A DNA stretch of 56,333 nucleotides from Polymyxa betae A26-41 (lineage: Eukaryota; Protista; Endomyxa: Phytomyxea), in NCBI GenBank assembly GCA_003693705.1, contig RBZT01000504.1, positions 1 through 56,333 on the forward strand. Direction: 5' to 3'. Shown here piece by piece: positions 52,574 through 56,333 of this stretch (position 1 is its first letter; every line of letters begins with the position of its first letter). The notes beneath the pieces are model-generated. The model worked only from the letters and a program-made list of their open reading frames with translations. It did not search any database and was not told the origin of the DNA. The position numbers and the translations under genes are program-made.

Positions 52574-53687
52574 ATGACATCGTCGCGATGGCCGTCGACC
52601 GACGCCCGGGCGCCGTGCCCGGAGCGCGAGCCGCGTAACCAGGCTCTGAACGCCCTGGATCATGTCGCGCGTAGCTTCGCCCGGATCTCATCTCCCGAAC
52701 CATCCCGCCTGCACCAGGTCTGTCCTAACGTTTGCACCATATGATGCCCTATTCATCCCTTATAGCTAGATAACAGCTTAGAGCAATATGGTGGGAATCG
52801 CTGATAGAGATTTTGATGATGACTGAAGCAATTTGCAGATGCTCTGAATGAACTCGAACAACGAACCGGCGTCCGCAAAGCGCATTGGGCGATTCTGGCA
52901 GCCGCCTTCGCCATGTTGTTTGTAAGTTTTTAACCTCTATCTACATCGAAGGTTCTGATCGTAATATCCCAGATCTTCTTCGGATTCGGTTCCAGCACAC
53001 TCTGGTCGGGTCCATAATTTCTTTTTTGACCTCCACCAATTTGAACAATATTCTTGTTTTGCTTCTTTATCGCTTTTGCTGTTTTCCTCATAATCGTATA
53101 GCGAATGGATTGGGTTTCTATACCCAATGTATGCCTCGTTCAAATGTCTTGATAACCCCGTTCAAGATCGGCATAATATCACCTCCTGGCTCATATATTG
53201 GGTAACTGTTCGTCTCATCTTCCTTACTGCGGTGCTCTAACTATCATACTGTTCAGGTCGTTTTCGTAGTTTATCAGAGCAACGAATTTATAGCCGATTC
53301 GATTCTGTGTCGGTTGGTCCATAGCCATGATCGGATTTTGCTCGTGGTGATTATTGTAGGTTCCCTTTTTATTACACGATGAAAGTTGTGTTCGTGATGT
53401 GGTGCCTGCTACCGGCGTATCGTGGCGCTGCCGTTCTGTACCAGGCCGTCATCGTACCGGTCGGATTGCAGCTCCAGGTCCAGCTCGCTCAAGTGCGTCG
53501 CGATGTCGGAGATGTAGCCCATGCCTGCATAGTAACTGTCGCCTTACACCTTCGGGCGGCGTCGGACGCCCTGATTCGGCGCTATCCTCAGGTGGGTATA
53601 CACATGCAAGCATCGACACTGTATTTGTTAATAACATTCTTACAGACTGCTCAATTTTTACGTATTCAAACACCAAATAAACAATAG
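52574..53687 (+). CDS. TB2/DP1/HVA22 (YOP1/REEP5-like) ER-shaping protein, many small exons
   Basis: LEQRTGVRK, IGFLYPMYASFK, WLIYW|VV, FPFYYTMKVVFVMWCLLP..RGA. Confidence 0.85.
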
Positions 53688-53731
53688 CGGCTTCCTTCAA
53701 AGAACCCGCGAATGATCGTTTGTAACATTCT

Positions 53732-55201
53732 TTACACAGCCATGTCCATTTTGATAGGCGGATGGGGATTGTACCCTTCTAGGACGAAATCTTCGAAGCG
53801 GAACGCGTCGGGGGCGGTATCACTCGGCGCCGAGATCGTCAGTTTGGGGAACGGGCGCGGGTTCCGCTCGATCTGCTTGCGAAGGGCATCGACATGGTTT
53901 AGGTAAATGTGAGCGTCACCCAGGACGTGAATGAACTGGCCCGGTTCCAGGTCAGTGACGTGAGCCAGGATCCGGGTGAGAAGCGCATAACTGGCGATAT
54001 TAAAGGGGACTCCCAGGCCCATATCACAGCTTCTCTGGTACATGAGCGATGACAGGCGCCCGTTCTCAACAAAGAACTGCACGAACATATGACAGGGCGG
54101 CAACGCCATCTTCGACAGATCTGACAGGCAACATCAGCAAACCATGTACCGGCCAGGAATGGACCAGTACGAACCCGCAGGATTCCAAGCTGACATCACA
54201 ATACGACGGTTTTCCGGTTCGGTCCGAATCTGACGAACGACTTCTGCGAGCTGATCGACGCCCTGACGCGCGTAATCGGCGCTGCAATCCGTGTATTGGG
54301 CGCCAAAGTGTCGCCATTGGAACCCATAGACGGGTCCCAGATCGCCGGGTCGGCGATGGTGCAGACCGCGAGAGTCGAGAAATTCCCGGGACCCGTTCCC
54401 ATCCCAGATCCGGATCCCTTTAGCACTGAGTTCGTTCCCATCCGTACAGCCTCGCAGGAACCACAACAGCTCCTCGACGACGCCCCGCCAGAACACACGC
54501 TTCGTAGTCAGCAGCGGGAACCGGTCGCCGCTCAGATCGAATCGCATCTGGGCGCCGAACAGCGCCAGTGTACCGGTACCGGTCCGGTCGTCGCGTTTGA
54601 CGCCTTCGCCCAGAATCCGCCGAATCAATGACAAGTAATGATGTTCCTCGTGAGGCAGCGGGGACGGCGCCAGTCGCCGAACGAAAGTGCTAAACGCGAA
54701 CGTTTCGTCGCCATCGGTCTGCTCTTCGCCGGCATCAGCCTCGAGAAAGACGGCCGAGTCGATTTCCGGAAAGAACGCATCATACTTGGCATGGCCGGGA
54801 CGTTCCTGAACCCGTGTCACATGCAGGACGTGGCAGTACGGCCGCTTGAGAGCATCGGCGTACACCGACTCGCCACCAATCACGAAAACGCGGTCGATGG
54901 GCGGGTCCTGAACCTGCAGTAATGCCAAAGCCTCGTCTAAGCTCGAGGCAGTGATCACGTCGTCGCCGAATCGCGTACTCGACTGGGTCAGCACGACGTT
55001 GATACGATCGGGAAGCGGCCGATATCGTTCAGGTATTGATTCCCAAGTACGGCGTCCCATGATGACCGCATTGCGCCCAGCGCCGATTGTCAGGCGCTTG
55101 AAGCGGCGCAGGTCTGCCGCGATACGCCAGGGCAAGGCGCCGACAGAACCGATCCCGCGCGAGATCGATGAAAATGCCGCCACGACCTCGATCGACATCA
55201 T
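53732..55201 (-). CDS. DHFR-TS: Bifunctional dihydrofolate reductase-thymidylate synthase (1 intron)
   Basis: [24 protein letters not shown]; [53 protein letters not shown]. Confidence 0.98.
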
Positions 55202-55526
55202 CGTGCTGTGATCCGGGGCTCCGAATTAGACTGACGAGAAGGCAGCGGCATCGGAGCCTGCGTGCTGATCGTGCACCTGGGGCGCATCAAACTTGAACAA
55301 AATTGCGAACAAAATGGCGCACTTTGCCATGATAAATTTAGACTGATTCCTTAAAATGACCAATTTTATGTTCAATGTTCAACTAAATGTTCAAGTCCGA
55401 AAAATATGCGTACACAGTGAGTTAATAACGTTGTTAATCTACAAACTCTTTTCCTGACCAATCCTCGTCATCGGCCAATCTACGTTGATGGATTAAAATT
55501 TCTGTACTAGGTAATCAACGTACAAA

Positions 55527-55832
55527 TTGGCCAGCATTACTATAGATGCAGTCATTACCGTAAATCACAGAAACGGTCGAATCCATGCCCTGCAGCTATT
55601 GTTGTCGATCCAGAAGGAACAATTGACCAAGGATTCAGCTCGAAAGAGCACACTTGTTGCCTTAATTCCAGCACTGAGACAATTCTTGTTGTCGATGCTT
55701 TTGAAGAGGTACATTTTCCAAGCTAGATGGATATTTGTATTAATTGATTCTATATACTCGTTGAAAAAGGACAAACATTATGTTGAACAGGTATACGAAA
55801 TCCTGGAGCGCTATGCCCAGGCAGAAAGTTAA
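55527..55832 (+). pseudogene. Possible ankyrin-like relic
   Basis: NGRIHALQLLLS fragment in an AT-rich spacer; the ORF begins at a non-ATG codon. Confidence 0.2.
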
Positions 55833-56028
55833 ATAAAACAGAAAGGCGCTGGTTTACAGAGTCCCCAATCGCCAGCGGAGACTCTTAGAGAGGATACCCA
55901 AACTCCTCATAGACGTAACGATGCGTGCCTGTTTGCCAGTAAACGTAAGTAGAGTCAAATAACACTACACTTGGGACGAACAGATGACAGAATATCTACG
56001 TGCCTGAGTCACGATTAAAAGTTTATAA

Positions 56029-56333
56029 GAGCAAGTGCACCGCGCACGATTATCATTATCATAAAATATTAAATTTTGAAAACATAAAGATAAGGATTTG
56101 TGCGGGTTCCCCCACCGGATCACAAATACATTAAAAATGGATCAGTGGCAATCCTATCTGGATAGTGAAATGAGCGACGACAGTGACAGCGATGATAGTG
56201 ACAGCGATGACCAGCTGCTGCTTCTCATGCTTGATGAGTCTACCAGTGAAGAATCTGATGTCGAAACTGATTATCGGCCCAGTCGGAAACCGAACAAAAA
56301 TCGTAAGAGGGAGCTTTATGATCGGTTGCTGTT
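56029..56333 (+). mobile_element. Left end of a PIF/Harbinger-like DNA transposon; transposase-like ORF from ATG 56137 runs off the window
   Basis: TAA (56026-56028) followed by GAGCAAGTGC, resembling a Tourist/Harbinger terminus; ORF with acidic N-terminus then RPSRKPNKNRKRELYDRLL, like the start of Harbinger/Plant_tran transposases. Confidence 0.65.

Overview
Gene-dense eukaryotic genomic DNA with many very short (~43-60 nt) spliceosomal introns, a bifunctional DHFR-TS and flagellar genes. This is consistent with a phytomyxid/plasmodiophorid-like rhizarian protist; the taxon is an inference. About 20 housekeeping genes could be reconstructed by hand: MED8, thymidine kinase, CAPZB, XRN1, GLRX3, Misato/DML1, SAM-kinesin-13, phosducin-like, a dynein heavy chain, eIF4E, RAB3GAP2, FIP1, PSMB2, COA4, an MFS sugar porter, COX20, YML020W-like, YOP1/REEP and DHFR-TS. 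The left end of a PIF/Harbinger transposon sits at the right edge. Most notable observations: (1) a ~280-nt GC-rich, highly structured non-coding island at ~3067-3345 whose minus strand carries a telomere-complementary stretch (CCUAACCCUA) enclosed by long-range helices, a candidate telomerase RNA; (2) a 1-nucleotide exon needed to build the conserved GGKW tryptophan of eIF4E; (3) a near full-length dynein heavy chain with a degenerate AAA1 ATPase site but conserved stalk/MTBD and no C-terminal domain; (4) a structured, possibly snoRNA-like element in the XRN1 5' UTR intron; (5) many intergenic spacers holding decayed kinase or ankyrin gene relics, plus a decaying local tandem duplication. Exon structures and RNA pairings were read by eye and need RNA-seq or computational confirmation.
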